64,000 nt of DNA. It comes from Tepidisphaerales bacterium (lineage in GTDB: Bacteria > Planctomycetota > Phycisphaerae > Tepidisphaerales > Tepidisphaeraceae). Location: positions 1 through 64,000 of the forward strand of contig JBBQNJ010000012.1 of NCBI GenBank assembly GCA_038329845.1, given 5' to 3'. Below are positions 16,353-26,159 of the stretch, piece after piece (position 1 is the first letter of the stretch; every line of letters starts with the position of its first letter). Below the pieces are notes generated by a model. The model was not told the origin of the DNA, ran no database searches, and was given only the letters and a program-made list of their open reading frames with translations. Made by a program: the position numbers and the translations under genes.

Positions 16353-18016
16353 TGTCCAGCGCGATTGTCCCGGCTTCGTGGTTGCCTTTGTTGGCTGAGC
16401 GTTCGTCGGCCAGCAGCGATTCGACGTTCTGGCTGCTGGCGCTGGTCCTGTTCGTCGCGGCGCTGTTCGTCACCTTCTTTCTGCTGCTGTTCAATCGCTA
16501 CAAGCGCTGCCCGAGCAATCGGGTGCTGGTGATCTTCGGCAAGATCGGCGGGGGCAACACGGCCCGCTGTATCCACGGCGGGGCGGCGTTCATCTGGCCG
16601 TTGATCCAGGACCACGCCTACCTCAGCCTCGAGCCGATCCAGATCGACATCGAGCTGCATGATGCGCTGTCCAACGAGAACATTCGCGTGAACATCCCCA
16701 GCGTCTTCACCGTCGCCATCGGGACCGACCCGGCGATTATGCAGAACGCGGCAATCCGGCTGCTGGGGCTGAATACCATGCAGATCAAGCAGCAGGCGTC
16801 GGACATCATCTTCGGCCAGCTTCGCCAGGTGATCGCGTCGATGCGCATCGAAGACATCAACCGCGACCGCGAGGCGTTTTTGCACAATATCCAGACGTCG
16901 CTGGAGCCGGAACTGCGCAAGGTCGGGCTGGTGTTAATCAACGTGAACCTGCGCGACATCACCGACGCCAGCGGGTACATCGAGGCGATCGGGCAGAAGG
17001 CCGCCAGCCAGGCGATCCAGCAGGCTCGCGGCGATGTGGCCGACCAGGAAAAGCTCGGCGAGGTGCGCGTGGCCGAAGCGCGGCGGGAGAAGGACATCCA
17101 GGTGGCCAACGCGTTGAAGACCCGCGAGATTGGCATGCGCGAGGCGCAGCGAGAGCAGCTTGTGCGGGTGGCCCAGCTCGAGAAGGAACAGAAGGTCGGC
17201 GAGCAGACCGCCGGTTACGAGCGGGATGTGCAGGTGAAGGCGGCCGAGCGTGAGATGCGCATCAGCGTCGCCGATGCCAACGCCAAGGCGATCGCCGGTG
17301 AGGCCAAGGCGCAGGCCGAGGTCGTCGCCACCCAGGCGCAGTTGCAGGTCAAGCAGGCCGAGGCGTATCAATTGGGCGAGACCCGCAAGCGCGAGAGCGA
17401 GGCGGCGGTGCAGGAAGCGCAGAACCGTGCGATGGCGAAGGCGGCTTTGGCCCAGGCCGAGCGCGTCGAGGCCGAGCGGCGGGCGGCGGTGGAGGCACCG
17501 GCCAAGGCCGAAAAAGCGAAGATGATCGTGGATGCCGAGGCGTCGGCGGAAAAGCGTCGGATCGAGGCTCAGGGCGAGGCATCGGCGATCTTCGCCAAGC
17601 TCGAGGCCGAGGCCCGCGGGCAGTTCGAGATTCTCGCCCGCAAGGGAGAGGGTCTCAAGCAGATCATCGACGCCGCGGGCGGGGCCAAGGAGGCGTTTCA
17701 GTTGCTCATGCTCGAACACCTCGATCATCTGGCATTGACCGCGGCGCAGGCGATCAGCAACATCAAGTTCGACAAGGTGGTGGTCTGGGAAAACGGCTCG
17801 GGGGGCAGCGGCAACGGCAACGGCAACGGATCAAGCGCCACCGGCAACTTCCTGCAAAGCATGTCGCGCACGCTGCCTCCGATGATGCAGGTGATGCGTG
17901 ACATCGGCGGGGTTGAGCTGCCGGACTACCTGGTCAAGCTCAAGGACGACGTCGTGGCGGCCAACGTCGATGTCCCGCCGGGGCCGACTCCCAAGCGGGA
18001 AGCCGGGGAAACCTGA
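16349..18016 (+). CDS. Flotillin-like SPFH/band-7 protein (YqiK/FloT type).
   Basis: N-terminal TM, SPFH domain, long Ala/Glu/Lys-rich coiled-coil. RBS aaggag upstream. The track ORF 15926.. has an artefactual N-terminal extension. Confidence 0.85.
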   Translation: MMSSAIVPASWLPLLAERSSASSDSTFWLLALVLFVAALFVTFFLLLFNRYKRCPSNRVLVIFGKIGGGNTARCIHGGAAFIWPLIQDHAYLSLEPIQIDIELHDALSNENIRVNIPSVFTVAIGTDPAIMQNAAIRLLGLNTMQIKQQASDIIFGQLRQVIASMRIEDINRDREAFLHNIQTSLEPELRKVGLVLINVNLRDITDASGYIEAIGQKAASQAIQQARGDVADQEKLGEVRVAEARREKDIQVANALKTREIGMREAQREQLVRVAQLEKEQKVGEQTAGYERDVQVKAAEREMRISVADANAKAIAGEAKAQAEVVATQAQLQVKQAEAYQLGETRKRESEAAVQEAQNRAMAKAALAQAERVEAERRAAVEAPAKAEKAKMIVDAEASAEKRRIEAQGEASAIFAKLEAEARGQFEILARKGEGLKQIIDAAGGAKEAFQLLMLEHLDHLALTAAQAISNIKFDKVVVWENGSGGSGNGNGNGSSATGNFLQSMSRTLPPMMQVMRDIGGVELPDYLVKLKDDVVAANVDVPPGPTPKREAGET

Positions 18017-18078
18017 GGCGGGCGGTTGCCGGCGCGGCGGAAACGGTGGATGTCACCTTTTCCCATGTCAGTGGCCGA
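17975..18078. repeat. Native flotillin 3' end plus downstream ~60 bp. A diverged copy of this ~100-bp segment lies at 18672-18880, beyond hicBA.
   Basis: ccgccggggccgactcccaagcgggaagccggggaaacc…ggaaacggtggatgtcaccttttcccatgtc versus gcgccgccgactcccaagcaggaagccgaggaaatt…ggaaacggtggatgtcac[MITE]gtggatgtcaccttttcccaagtc. Confidence 0.65.
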
Positions 18079-18189
18079 ACCCACGTTATGAAGTCGGGGG
18101 GGTCTGGTAGGCCGTCGGGCCCGGGCCGTTGTGCCCAGGCCGAACGCCCCGCCCGGCTTTCTTCAGGCTTGAGTGGTTCATGCGGAGAA

Positions 18190-18225
18190 GATGGATTGCC
18201 CTTGCTCCGCCAGAAGAGCTAGAAT
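18190..18225 (+). promoter_or_regulatory. Candidate sigma70-like promoter for hicBA (TTGCCC/TTGCTC … TAGAAT), giving a near-leaderless hicB mRNA.
   Basis: TAGAAT lies ~10 nt upstream of the hicB ATG with TTGC-type hexamers 13-18 nt further upstream. Confidence 0.3.
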
Positions 18226-18231
18226 GCGGAT

Positions 18232-18450
18232 ATGCGAAGACTCACTGCCTTTGTTCATCATGGGGAGCCCGACGAAGGCGGATTCTGGGCGACATGTCTG
18301 GAGGTTCCTGGTGCCAATGGCCAGGGCCAGACCAGGGACGAGTGTCTGGACGACCTTAAGCAAGCCATTGAACTGCTGCTTGACACCGAACGCGAGGAAG
18401 TGTTCCGACTCGACCCCCGGGTCGAGGCCACGGAACTGGTGCTGGCATGA
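18232..18450 (+). CDS. hicB: HicB-family antitoxin (UPF0150-type).
   Basis: 72 aa, FVHHGEPDEGGFWATCLEVPGANGQGQTRDECLDDLKQAIELLL matches the HicB N-domain. 4-nt ATGA overlap with hicA. Confidence 0.75.
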   Translation: MRRLTAFVHHGEPDEGGFWATCLEVPGANGQGQTRDECLDDLKQAIELLLDTEREEVFRLDPRVEATELVLA

Positions 18451-18641
18451 AGCGGAAGGCATTGCTGGGCCACCTTCAGCAACATGGCTGCGTGCCGGTT
18501 CGCGAAGGTGCCAGTCACTCCATCTGGACTAATCCGCAGACTCACCGCAAGGAAGCCATTCCCAGACACCATGAGATCAAGAAATACCTGGCGCGGTTCA
18601 TCTGCCGCAACCTGTCAGTGCCAGTCCCGGCTGGGGAGTGA
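18447..18641 (+). CDS. hicA: HicA-family mRNA-interferase toxin.
   Basis: 64 aa, KRKALLGHLQQHGCVPVREGASHSIWTNP…IPRHHEIK matches the HicA/YcfA family. Confidence 0.8.
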   Translation: MKRKALLGHLQQHGCVPVREGASHSIWTNPQTHRKEAIPRHHEIKKYLARFICRNLSVPVPAGE

Positions 18642-18671
18642 GCAGTCATACAGAAATAGTGGATGGCGGCC

Positions 18672-18880
18672 GCGCCGCCGACTCCCAAGCAGGAAGCCGA
18701 GGAAATTTGGGGCCGGCGATCGCCGGTGCGGGGGAAACGGTGGATGTCACGAATGCCATTCACTTAACGTGAAAACGGTCGGGAAAAGCCGCCTTAGCGG
18801 CGCGAGACTGCAGTTGAGTTTGCCGACTTTGACCCTTAAGTGAATGGCATTCGTGGATGTCACCTTTTCCCAAGTCGGGC
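18672..18880. repeat. Displaced, diverged copy of the flotillin 3' end (stop codon lost), interrupted by the MITE at 18751-18852.
   Basis: See 17975-18078. Confidence 0.6.
18751..18852. mobile_element. MITE-like 102-bp element, copy 2. 17-bp TIR GAATGCCATTCACTTAA and an 11-bp target-site duplication GTGGATGTCAC.
   Basis: Perfect TIRs gaatgccattcacttaa / ttaagtgaatggcattc. Flanking gtggatgtcac on both sides. An uninterrupted site (ggaaacggtggatgtcaccttttccc) exists at 18040-18066. Confidence 0.8.
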
Positions 18881-18951
18881 AGGGTCGCGAGGGTGCGGGT
18901 ATGCGAAAAAGAAGGGCGTTGGATGGGCGAGATCGTGCGATTGATGGAGGG

Positions 18952-19824
18952 TTAATCGGGGGGGAGGTCGCGGAGTTTTTGGCGGACGAGGGCTTCGCGG
19001 CGGAGGGAGGCGGCGTCGAGCCAGTGGCGCAGGGCGTCGGGGTGCTGGGGGTCGTCGAGCATTTGCAGGAATTCGTCGATTTGATGGCGCAGGCGGAGAA
19101 AACCGGTGCGGAGGTTGTCGGCGTTGTCGTAGAAGATGTCGCGCCACAGGCCGCCGTCGCCGGAGGCGATTCGGGTGGTGTCGAGAAAACCCTTGCCGGA
19201 CAGGGGCAACGCCTCGTCGGATTGCATGGCCACCAGTGCCGCGGCGAGGGCGTGGGGCAGATGGCTGATGTCGGCGAGGCGGCGATCATGATCCTCGGGG
19301 GACAATTCCACGCAGCGCATCCGAAGGGTCTGCCAGAACTCGCGTACTTGGCGCAGGGCGTGCGGGTCGGTTTGCTCGGTGGGGGTGAGGATGCAGGTGG
19401 CGCCGACGAACAGGTCGGCGCGGGCGTACTCGACGCCTCGTTTTTCGCTGCCGGCCATGGGGTGGCTGCCGACGAAATGGGCTTTGCCGGCCAGGATTTC
19501 CTCGCCGAGCTGGACGATGGATCGCTTGGTCGATCCGACATCGGTGACGATGGCGCCGGGCCGGACCGCCTGGGCAATTTTTTTCAGCAGGGGGCCGAAC
19601 GTGCCGACCGGGGTGCAGAGAATGATCAGATCGGCCTCGGTCACCGCCGTGACGGGGTCGGATTCGGCGTGATCGATGGCGGCGGATTCGATGGCCGCAT
19701 CTAAACTTTGTCGTCGATGTCCATAACCTATGATTTTACAGTCCATTGCGGCGGCGCGGATCGCCAGTCCGATGCTTCCGCCCAGCAGTCCCACGCCCAG
19801 CAGGCTAACGGTCGAAAAGCCCAT
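18952..19824 (-). CDS. tyrA: Prephenate/arogenate dehydrogenase.
   Basis: N-terminal Rossmann GxGxxG (LLGVGLLGGSIGLA) and a conserved TyrA core (HPMAGSEKRGVEYA). Confidence 0.85.
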   Translation of the reverse strand: MGFSTVSLLGVGLLGGSIGLAIRAAAMDCKIIGYGHRRQSLDAAIESAAIDHAESDPVTAVTEADLIILCTPVGTFGPLLKKIAQAVRPGAIVTDVGSTKRSIVQLGEEILAGKAHFVGSHPMAGSEKRGVEYARADLFVGATCILTPTEQTDPHALRQVREFWQTLRMRCVELSPEDHDRRLADISHLPHALAAALVAMQSDEALPLSGKGFLDTTRIASGDGGLWRDIFYDNADNLRTGFLRLRHQIDEFLQMLDDPQHPDALRHWLDAASLRREALVRQKLRDLPPD

Positions 19825-20001
19825 GGTCCGATAATACCACGACGACGGGAGAGGCGGTATAATCGCCCCCGTTCAATGCGGATTTGTTGGTGGGTTGCAA
19901 TCTTGCGGTGGTCTTCATCGTCGCCTAACCTATTGGGTGCGCCCGATTTCACCGGGCGATGAAGCGGGGCTGGCGGGAAAGCGCCCGCGCGAGGAGTTGA
20001 T

Positions 20002-21063
20002 ATGTCCGATGTCATGAATGTCGCCGATGCCGGGAGTAAGGGTTCCTCGAATGGTGCGCGCAACGGGGGTGCGACGCTGCGGCACACGCTGGAGTTCGAG
20101 AAACCGCTGGCGAAGCTCGAGCAGCAGATTCTCGAGCTCGAGGCGATGCAGGCGTCCAAGCAGATCGACTATTCGCGGGAGCTTCGGCAACTCCGCTCGA
20201 ACTACACCAGCTTGGTGCGCAAGACCTACGAGAATCTGAGCGCCTGGGAGACGGTGCAGGTGGCGCGGCATCCGCAGCGTCCGTTGTTCAAGGATTACGT
20301 CGAGATGATCTGCCGCGAGTTCCGCGAATTGCATGGCGATCGTCATTTCGGGGACGATGCGGCGATCAAGTGCGGGCTGGCGCGGCTGGCCGGTCACAAG
20401 GTGATGCTGATCGGGCATCACAAGGGCAAGGACACCAAGGAAAAGGTGCAATGCTACTTCGGGTGCGGTCATCCCGAGGGATATCGCAAGGCGCTGCGGT
20501 GCATGAAGCTGGCCGAGAAATATGGCTTGCCGGTGGTGACGTTGGTGGACACCGCCGGGGCCTATCCGGGCATGGGGGCAGAGGAGCGCGGGCAGGCCGA
20601 ATCGATCGCCCGGAACATGATGGAGATGAGTCGGCTGCGCACGCCGATCGTGACGATCGTGACGGGGGAAGGCGGTTCCGGCGGCGCGCTGGGGATCGCG
20701 GTGGCCGACAAGGTGGCGATGATGGAGTTCGCGTGGTATTCGGTGATAAGTCCGGAAGGATGCAGCGCGATTCTGTGGAAAGGCGCTGAGAACGCGGCGC
20801 AGGCGGCCGAATCGCTGAAACTGACGAGCAAGCATCTGAAGCAGCACGGGGTGGTGGACATGGTGGTACCCGAGCCGCTGGGCGGGGCGCATCGGGATCC
20901 GCGCACGGCGGGGCACAACCTTGAGCAGTACATCGCCAAGACGCTGCGGGATCTGAAGCGGTGCAAGATCGAGAATCTTCTTGAGCGCCGGTACGAGCGA
21001 TTCCGCAACCTCGGTTCGGTGGTCGAGCCGGGGAAGAAGTCGTCGGCCCGGGCGGCGAGCTGA
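20002..21063 (+). CDS. accA: Acetyl-CoA carboxylase carboxyltransferase alpha subunit.
   Basis: LEFEKPLAKLEQQI…, HPQRP, GEGGSGGALG are hallmark AccA motifs. Confidence 0.9.
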   Translation: MSDVMNVADAGSKGSSNGARNGGATLRHTLEFEKPLAKLEQQILELEAMQASKQIDYSRELRQLRSNYTSLVRKTYENLSAWETVQVARHPQRPLFKDYVEMICREFRELHGDRHFGDDAAIKCGLARLAGHKVMLIGHHKGKDTKEKVQCYFGCGHPEGYRKALRCMKLAEKYGLPVVTLVDTAGAYPGMGAEERGQAESIARNMMEMSRLRTPIVTIVTGEGGSGGALGIAVADKVAMMEFAWYSVISPEGCSAILWKGAENAAQAAESLKLTSKHLKQHGVVDMVVPEPLGGAHRDPRTAGHNLEQYIAKTLRDLKRCKIENLLERRYERFRNLGSVVEPGKKSSARAAS

Positions 21064-21161
21064 GGGGGGAGTTATAACGCTGGCGGCTTTGAGCGAGACC
21101 TCCACAATGACTCGGAGGGCGCGGTGAAAATCTGACTGCGGTTCGGTGAGAACTCGACTCA

Positions 21162-21262
21162 CGCGGCGGAGAGGACCCGAAAAGCAAATTCTCTCGCAAC
21201 GCCGCCACGACGCCACGAAATACGGAAAAACTTTAACCTTTTGTCTTACGTTGCGTCGTGCC
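21162..21262. repeat. Copy 2 of the hairpin repeat family (see 228-335), between the convergent accA and purQ genes.
   Basis: Alignment to the reverse complement of 228-335. 12-bp stem cacgacgccacg/cgttgcgtcgtg with a ~30-nt loop. Confidence 0.6.
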
Positions 21263-21360
21263 GGGGTCGGGGGGTCGGGGGGCGCGGGGCGGCACAGGGG
21301 GGAGGCGGGCGGGGCGTTTCGGGTCGGTTCCTTGAAGAATTCGTGACTTTTTCGGGATTG

Positions 21361-22248
21361 TCACACGCCGGTGCCGACGGCCTCGCGGGCGTGAGCGACG
21401 GCGTTGCGGAAGATCGCCAGGCCGGCGCCTTCTTCGGGCAGCCGCCCGTCGTGGCGCATCCGGGTCCAGGCCGGGTGCTGGGTGGGATCGACATGGCGTT
21501 CGGGGTGCGGCATCAGCCCCAGCACCAGGCCGGTGGAGTCGCAGACTCCGGCGATGTCGTCGGCGCTGCCGTTGGGATTCCAGGGCGCTGCGCCCTCGGC
21601 TGGCGAGCCGTCGGGTCGAATGTAGACCAGCGCCACCTGGTTGGCTTGCTCGAGGGCTTCTGCGACGTTGCGAGCCACCGCGACGAACTTGCCTTCGCCG
21701 TGGGCGATGGGCAGTTCCAGCCCCATCTTTATCCCGCGAGTCCAGATGCATTTGCTCGATCGGGCGGCGAGATGAATCCAGCGGTCGATGAATCGTCCAT
21801 TGTCGTTATGGGTCAGCGTGGCAGTCTGTCCCGATTGGCCAGCCAGGGCGCCGGGCAGCAGGTCGGTCTTGACGAGCACTTGGAAGCCGTTGCAGATGCC
21901 GATGACCGGCTTGCCCGCCTCGACGAATCGGCGCAGGGGCTCGGCGAGATGGTGGACGATCTGATTGGCGAAGATCCTGCCGGCGGCGATGTCGTCGCCG
22001 TAGCTGAACCCGCCGGGGATCGCCAGCAGTTGATAGCGCTGGAGCAGGCGCGGATCGGCGAGAAGCTGGTTAAGGTGGATGCGCTGGGCGCGGGCGCCGG
22101 CGAGCTCGAAAGCGTGGGCGGTCTCGGCGTCGCAGTTGGTTCCGGCGGTGCGAAGAATGAGCGTGGAAGGGGCCATGGGCTTACCGGATTCGGATGGGTC
22201 ATGGGGCGGGCATCCGCAGGCTGGCGCTGCCGATGCACCGCCGGTCAC
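21361..22248 (-). CDS. purQ: Phosphoribosylformylglycinamidine synthase glutaminase subunit PurQ. GTG start overlapping the upstream stop; an alternative ATG lies at 22176.
   Basis: Class I glutamine amidotransferase motifs ([25 protein letters not shown]). Confidence 0.85.
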   Translation of the reverse strand: MTGGASAAPACGCPPHDPSESGKPMAPSTLILRTAGTNCDAETAHAFELAGARAQRIHLNQLLADPRLLQRYQLLAIPGGFSYGDDIAAGRIFANQIVHHLAEPLRRFVEAGKPVIGICNGFQVLVKTDLLPGALAGQSGQTATLTHNDNGRFIDRWIHLAARSSKCIWTRGIKMGLELPIAHGEGKFVAVARNVAEALEQANQVALVYIRPDGSPAEGAAPWNPNGSADDIAGVCDSTGLVLGLMPHPERHVDPTQHPAWTRMRHDGRLPEEGAGLAIFRNAVAHAREAVGTGV

Positions 22249-22733
22249 TTCTCCTCGATGGTCACTTTCTTGATCTGATCGCCCTGCTGAATCTGGTTCA
22301 CTATCTCCTGGGAGGCTTTGTCGCGCACCTGTCCGAAGACGGTGTGGTTGCCATCGAGCCAGTCGGTGGCGATGTGGGTTATGAAGAACTGGCTGCCGTT
22401 GGTATTGGGTCCGGAGTTGGCCATGGAGAGGCTGCCGACCTTGTGTCGCGGCTTTCCCGCACCGGTCTCATCGGCGAACTTGTAACCCGGCCCGCCGCGT
22501 CCGGTGCCGGTGGGGTCGCCGCCCTGGACCATGAAGTCCTTGATCACGCGATGGAAGAGCGTCCCGTCGTAAAAGCCCTCGCGGGCGAGAAAGACGAAGT
22601 TGTTGACGGTGTTGGGCGCCTCGGCCGCCATCAAGTTGCAGACGATGGTTCCTTTTGAGGTGTCGAAGGTGACGGCATATGCCTTGGACGCATCGATGCT
22701 CATCGCGGGGGGAGTCGAGTATTGTTTGCTCAT
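22245..22733 (-). CDS. Cyclophilin-type peptidyl-prolyl cis-trans isomerase.
   Basis: [15 protein letters not shown]…GSQFFIT is the cyclophilin signature. Start taken at MSKQYST; the track ORF extends to 22808. Confidence 0.85.
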   Translation of the reverse strand: MSKQYSTPPAMSIDASKAYAVTFDTSKGTIVCNLMAAEAPNTVNNFVFLAREGFYDGTLFHRVIKDFMVQGGDPTGTGRGGPGYKFADETGAGKPRHKVGSLSMANSGPNTNGSQFFITHIATDWLDGNHTVFGQVRDKASQEIVNQIQQGDQIKKVTIEEK

Positions 22734-23021
22734 CGGATTCCTTTGCGGGGTTGGAGTTTGGGGGGATTGAAGAAGCCCCCAGCGTCGCTTTTCAACGCGG
22801 CTTGTCAACCGGCGTGTGATTGCCCAATTGAAATGTCACGGGTAATTGTCCCATTAGAACTATCAGGGGTCCAGCCCTCGCGGGGGCCTTCTGCGCTTCG
22901 CCCCCGGCCCCCACCGGCCCCCCGGCCCCCTGGCCCGCCCCCGCTTACCCGCAATCATGCCCGCCCAAGGGATCATGGACCCGGGATTCCCATCGTAGAC
23001 GCGGGACTATAGTCTACCGGC

Positions 23022-24377
23022 ATGGCTGAAACTCGTTCGTTGCGGGAACCGGCACGGGACTTAGGATTGCTTGCCGATGTGGATGTGTGCGTGCTGGGGG
23101 GAAGCTGCACCGGGGTTTTTGCCGCGATTCGGGCGGCGCGGCTGGGATGCCGGGTGGCCCTGATCGAGCGGGCCGGAGCGTTGGGGGGCGTGGCGACGCT
23201 GTCGCTGGTGAATGTGTGGCATTCGCTGCTGGACACGGCGTTCGAGCGGCCGATCATCGCGGGGCTGACGACCGAGACGATCGATCGTTTGCGCCGGCGG
23301 GACGCGGTGCGCGAACGGTGCAGGAGCCACAGCGTCGGGTTCACGTTCAACCCGTTCGAGCTTCAGATCGAACTCGACGAGATGGTCGCCGAGAGCAAGA
23401 CGATCGACCTGCATCTGCACACCCACTTCAGTGCCCCTCTGGTGGAGGACGGGGCGTTGGTGGGGGTGGCGGTGGAGAACAAATGCGGTCGGCAGGCGAT
23501 CCGGGCGGGGGCGTTCATCGACGCGACCGGCGACGGCGATCTCTGCGCCCGCCTGGGCCTGGAGACGTATCGCTCGGCGCATCTTCAGCCATCGACGACC
23601 TGCGCGACGTTTTCCGGGTGGGAATCGCTGGGGAAAATCGATCTGAACGTGTTGCTTAACGCTCACCGGGACGAAGAACGACTTCCCGAGGGATTCGCCT
23701 GGGGCGCTGATCTGCCGGGATCGTCGATTCACATGCTGGCGGCGACGCGCGTTTACCAGGCCGACTGTTCTGATGGCCGTGCGCTGACCGGTGCCGAAGT
23801 CGAGGGCCGCCGGCAGGTTCGCGCGATCATGGACATCGTGCGGCGGCATGTTCCGGATCAGCAACTGGCGCTGCAATCGCTGCCGGCCCGAATCGGCATC
23901 CGTGAGACCCGGCACGTGCGCTGCCGGCGGCAACTCAGCGGCGCGGAGGTGCTGGGCGGGCGGCGATTCGACGATGCGATCGCCAACGGCAGCTATCGAG
24001 TGGATATTCATCACCAGGAGAAGCCGGGGATCACGTTCCGTTATCTCGACGGGGTGGAGCAATACGCCCGGCCGGGATATCCGATGGTTCAGGGCCGCTG
24101 GCGCGATCCGGTCGAGGTCGATCCGACGTTTTATCAGATTCCGTACAGCGCCATGGTTCCCGCCGGGGCGTTCGGCAACGTGATCTGTGCCGGTCGGATG
24201 ATCGATGCCGATTCGCAGGCCCACGCGGCGATTCGGGTGATGGTGAACATGAACCAGACGGGCGAAGCGGCGGGCGTGGCGGCCTGGCACAGTCTCGATG
24301 AGTCCAAGCCGTTCGGCGATCTCGACGCTGGCGTTGTCCGTCGAACACTCGCCGCGGGGGGGTCGATCATCATTTGA
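23022..24377 (+). CDS. FAD-dependent oxidoreductase.
   Basis: N-terminal dinucleotide-binding motif VCVLGGSCTGVFAAIRAARLG. ~450 aa. Confidence 0.65.
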   Translation: MAETRSLREPARDLGLLADVDVCVLGGSCTGVFAAIRAARLGCRVALIERAGALGGVATLSLVNVWHSLLDTAFERPIIAGLTTETIDRLRRRDAVRERCRSHSVGFTFNPFELQIELDEMVAESKTIDLHLHTHFSAPLVEDGALVGVAVENKCGRQAIRAGAFIDATGDGDLCARLGLETYRSAHLQPSTTCATFSGWESLGKIDLNVLLNAHRDEERLPEGFAWGADLPGSSIHMLAATRVYQADCSDGRALTGAEVEGRRQVRAIMDIVRRHVPDQQLALQSLPARIGIRETRHVRCRRQLSGAEVLGGRRFDDAIANGSYRVDIHHQEKPGITFRYLDGVEQYARPGYPMVQGRWRDPVEVDPTFYQIPYSAMVPAGAFGNVICAGRMIDADSQAHAAIRVMVNMNQTGEAAGVAAWHSLDESKPFGDLDAGVVRRTLAAGGSIII

Positions 24378-24548
24378 GCGCGGGGGGGCACAGGCGGCGG
24401 GGTGGTGCGGGCCTCGGGGCTGCGTGGCTTTGGCAGGATGCAGGCTGGACGCCTGCACCACAGGCAAGATTCGGGTACGTCCGTCGGGATTCTCGGGCGT
24501 GGGCGGTTTGATGGGGTCGATCCGGGGTGCTAGATTTCACGGCTGCGC

Positions 24549-26021
24549 GTGACAGTCGCCCAAGCGAATCCGATTGGAGTCCAGGCGCGGGAGGATTCCG
24601 CCGCCGGGGAGTATGCGCGCGGGCGCAGGGCGCACTGGGATGCGGTGGCGCGGAGGTCGGATGGGTGGCGCGGGGCGGGCGGGTATTATCATCGGCGGCT
24701 GGAGGCGGTGCATCGGTTTGTGATCCCGGCGGGACTGCGGGTGCTGGAGGTGGGGTGCGGGCGCGGGGATTTGCTGGCATCGCTGGGGGCGCGGCGGGCG
24801 GTGGGGGTCGATTTTTCGGCCGAGATGATCGAGCGGGCGAGGGCGGCGCATCGGGATGTCACGTTCATCGAGGCCGACGCCCACGCGTTGGAGCTGGACG
24901 AATCGTTCGACGCGATCATTCTTTCGGATCTGGTGAATGATTTGTGGGATGTGCAAGGCGTGTTCGAGCGGGTTCGGGCGCACTGTCTGCCGCATACACG
25001 CGTGATTCTCAATTTTTACAGCCGGCTGTGGGAGTTGCCGTTGAGCATCGCCCCGCGGATGAAGCTGGCGCTGGCGAAGCCGAAGATTCAGAACTGGCTG
25101 ACGGTGCCTGATGTGTCGAATCTGCTCCGGTTGGCGGGGTTGGAGCCGCTGCGGCACTGGGAAGAGGTGCTGATGCCGCTGGGGATTCCGATCATGGCGC
25201 CGCTGTGCAACCGGGTGCTGGTGCGGACCTGGCCGCTGAAGCATCTGGCATTGACGAATCTGATGGTGGCGCGTCCGGCGCCGATGCGCGAATGCGACCC
25301 GCCGCCGGTGGTGTCGGTGATCGTGCCGGCGCGGAACGAGTCGGGGAACATCGAGTCGATCTTCCAGCGCACGCCGTCGATGGGGGCGGGGACGGAGCTG
25401 GTTTTCGTCGAGGGTCACTCGACCGATGACACATTCGCGGCGATCGAGCGGGCGGCCTCGGCGCGGGCGCAAGATCGGGTGCAGGTTCTCAAGCAGCCGG
25501 GGCGTGGCAAGGGGGATGCGGTCCGGGCTGGATTCGCCGCGGCGCGGGGGGAGGTGCTGATGATCCTCGACGCCGATCTGACGGTGCCGCCGGAGGATCT
25601 GCCGCGATTTTATCACGCCTGGCGAAGCGGGCAGGGGGAGTTCATCAACGGCGTGCGGCTGGTGTACCCGATGGAGAAGCAGGCGATGCGGCCGCTGAAT
25701 TTGCTGGGCAACAAGTTTTTCAGTTGGGCGTTTTCGTGGCTGCTGGGCCAGCCGATCAAGGACACGCTGTGCGGGACGAAGGTACTTAGCCGCTCGGATT
25801 ATCAGCGTCTGATCGCCGGTCGCGCGTATTTCGGCGAGTTCGATCCGTTCGGCGATTTCGACCTGGTGTTCGGGGCCGCGAAGTTGAACCTGAAGATCGT
25901 GGACTTGCCGGTGCGCTATCGCGCCCGCACTTACGGGTCCACGAACATCCATCGCTGGCGACATGGGTGGCTGCTGTTGAAAATGGTGGCGTTCGCCGCG
26001 CGGCGGATCAAGTTCATCTAG
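24549..26021 (+). CDS. Bifunctional class I SAM-dependent methyltransferase / family-2 glycosyltransferase (polyprenyl-phosphate sugar synthase-like, DPM1/GtrB-like). GTG start.
   Basis: Methyltransferase motif I VLEVGCGRGDL. GT2 region VSVIVPARNESGNI … DADLTVPPEDL (DxD) with a C-terminal membrane-associated segment. Confidence 0.75.
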   Translation: MTVAQANPIGVQAREDSAAGEYARGRRAHWDAVARRSDGWRGAGGYYHRRLEAVHRFVIPAGLRVLEVGCGRGDLLASLGARRAVGVDFSAEMIERARAAHRDVTFIEADAHALELDESFDAIILSDLVNDLWDVQGVFERVRAHCLPHTRVILNFYSRLWELPLSIAPRMKLALAKPKIQNWLTVPDVSNLLRLAGLEPLRHWEEVLMPLGIPIMAPLCNRVLVRTWPLKHLALTNLMVARPAPMRECDPPPVVSVIVPARNESGNIESIFQRTPSMGAGTELVFVEGHSTDDTFAAIERAASARAQDRVQVLKQPGRGKGDAVRAGFAAARGEVLMILDADLTVPPEDLPRFYHAWRSGQGEFINGVRLVYPMEKQAMRPLNLLGNKFFSWAFSWLLGQPIKDTLCGTKVLSRSDYQRLIAGRAYFGEFDPFGDFDLVFGAAKLNLKIVDLPVRYRARTYGSTNIHRWRHGWLLLKMVAFAARRIKFI

Positions 26022-26159
26022 TGTGGTGGCTCATAAATAGTGCGTCTCAGGCTCGACTGGGAATCCTTTGTTATGTACCTTTCAGGTTGCTTTGGCGACT
26101 GAACATGAGATGCCATCAGGCCGAGACACTACACTCGTATTGGCGACGGGGTTCTGACC

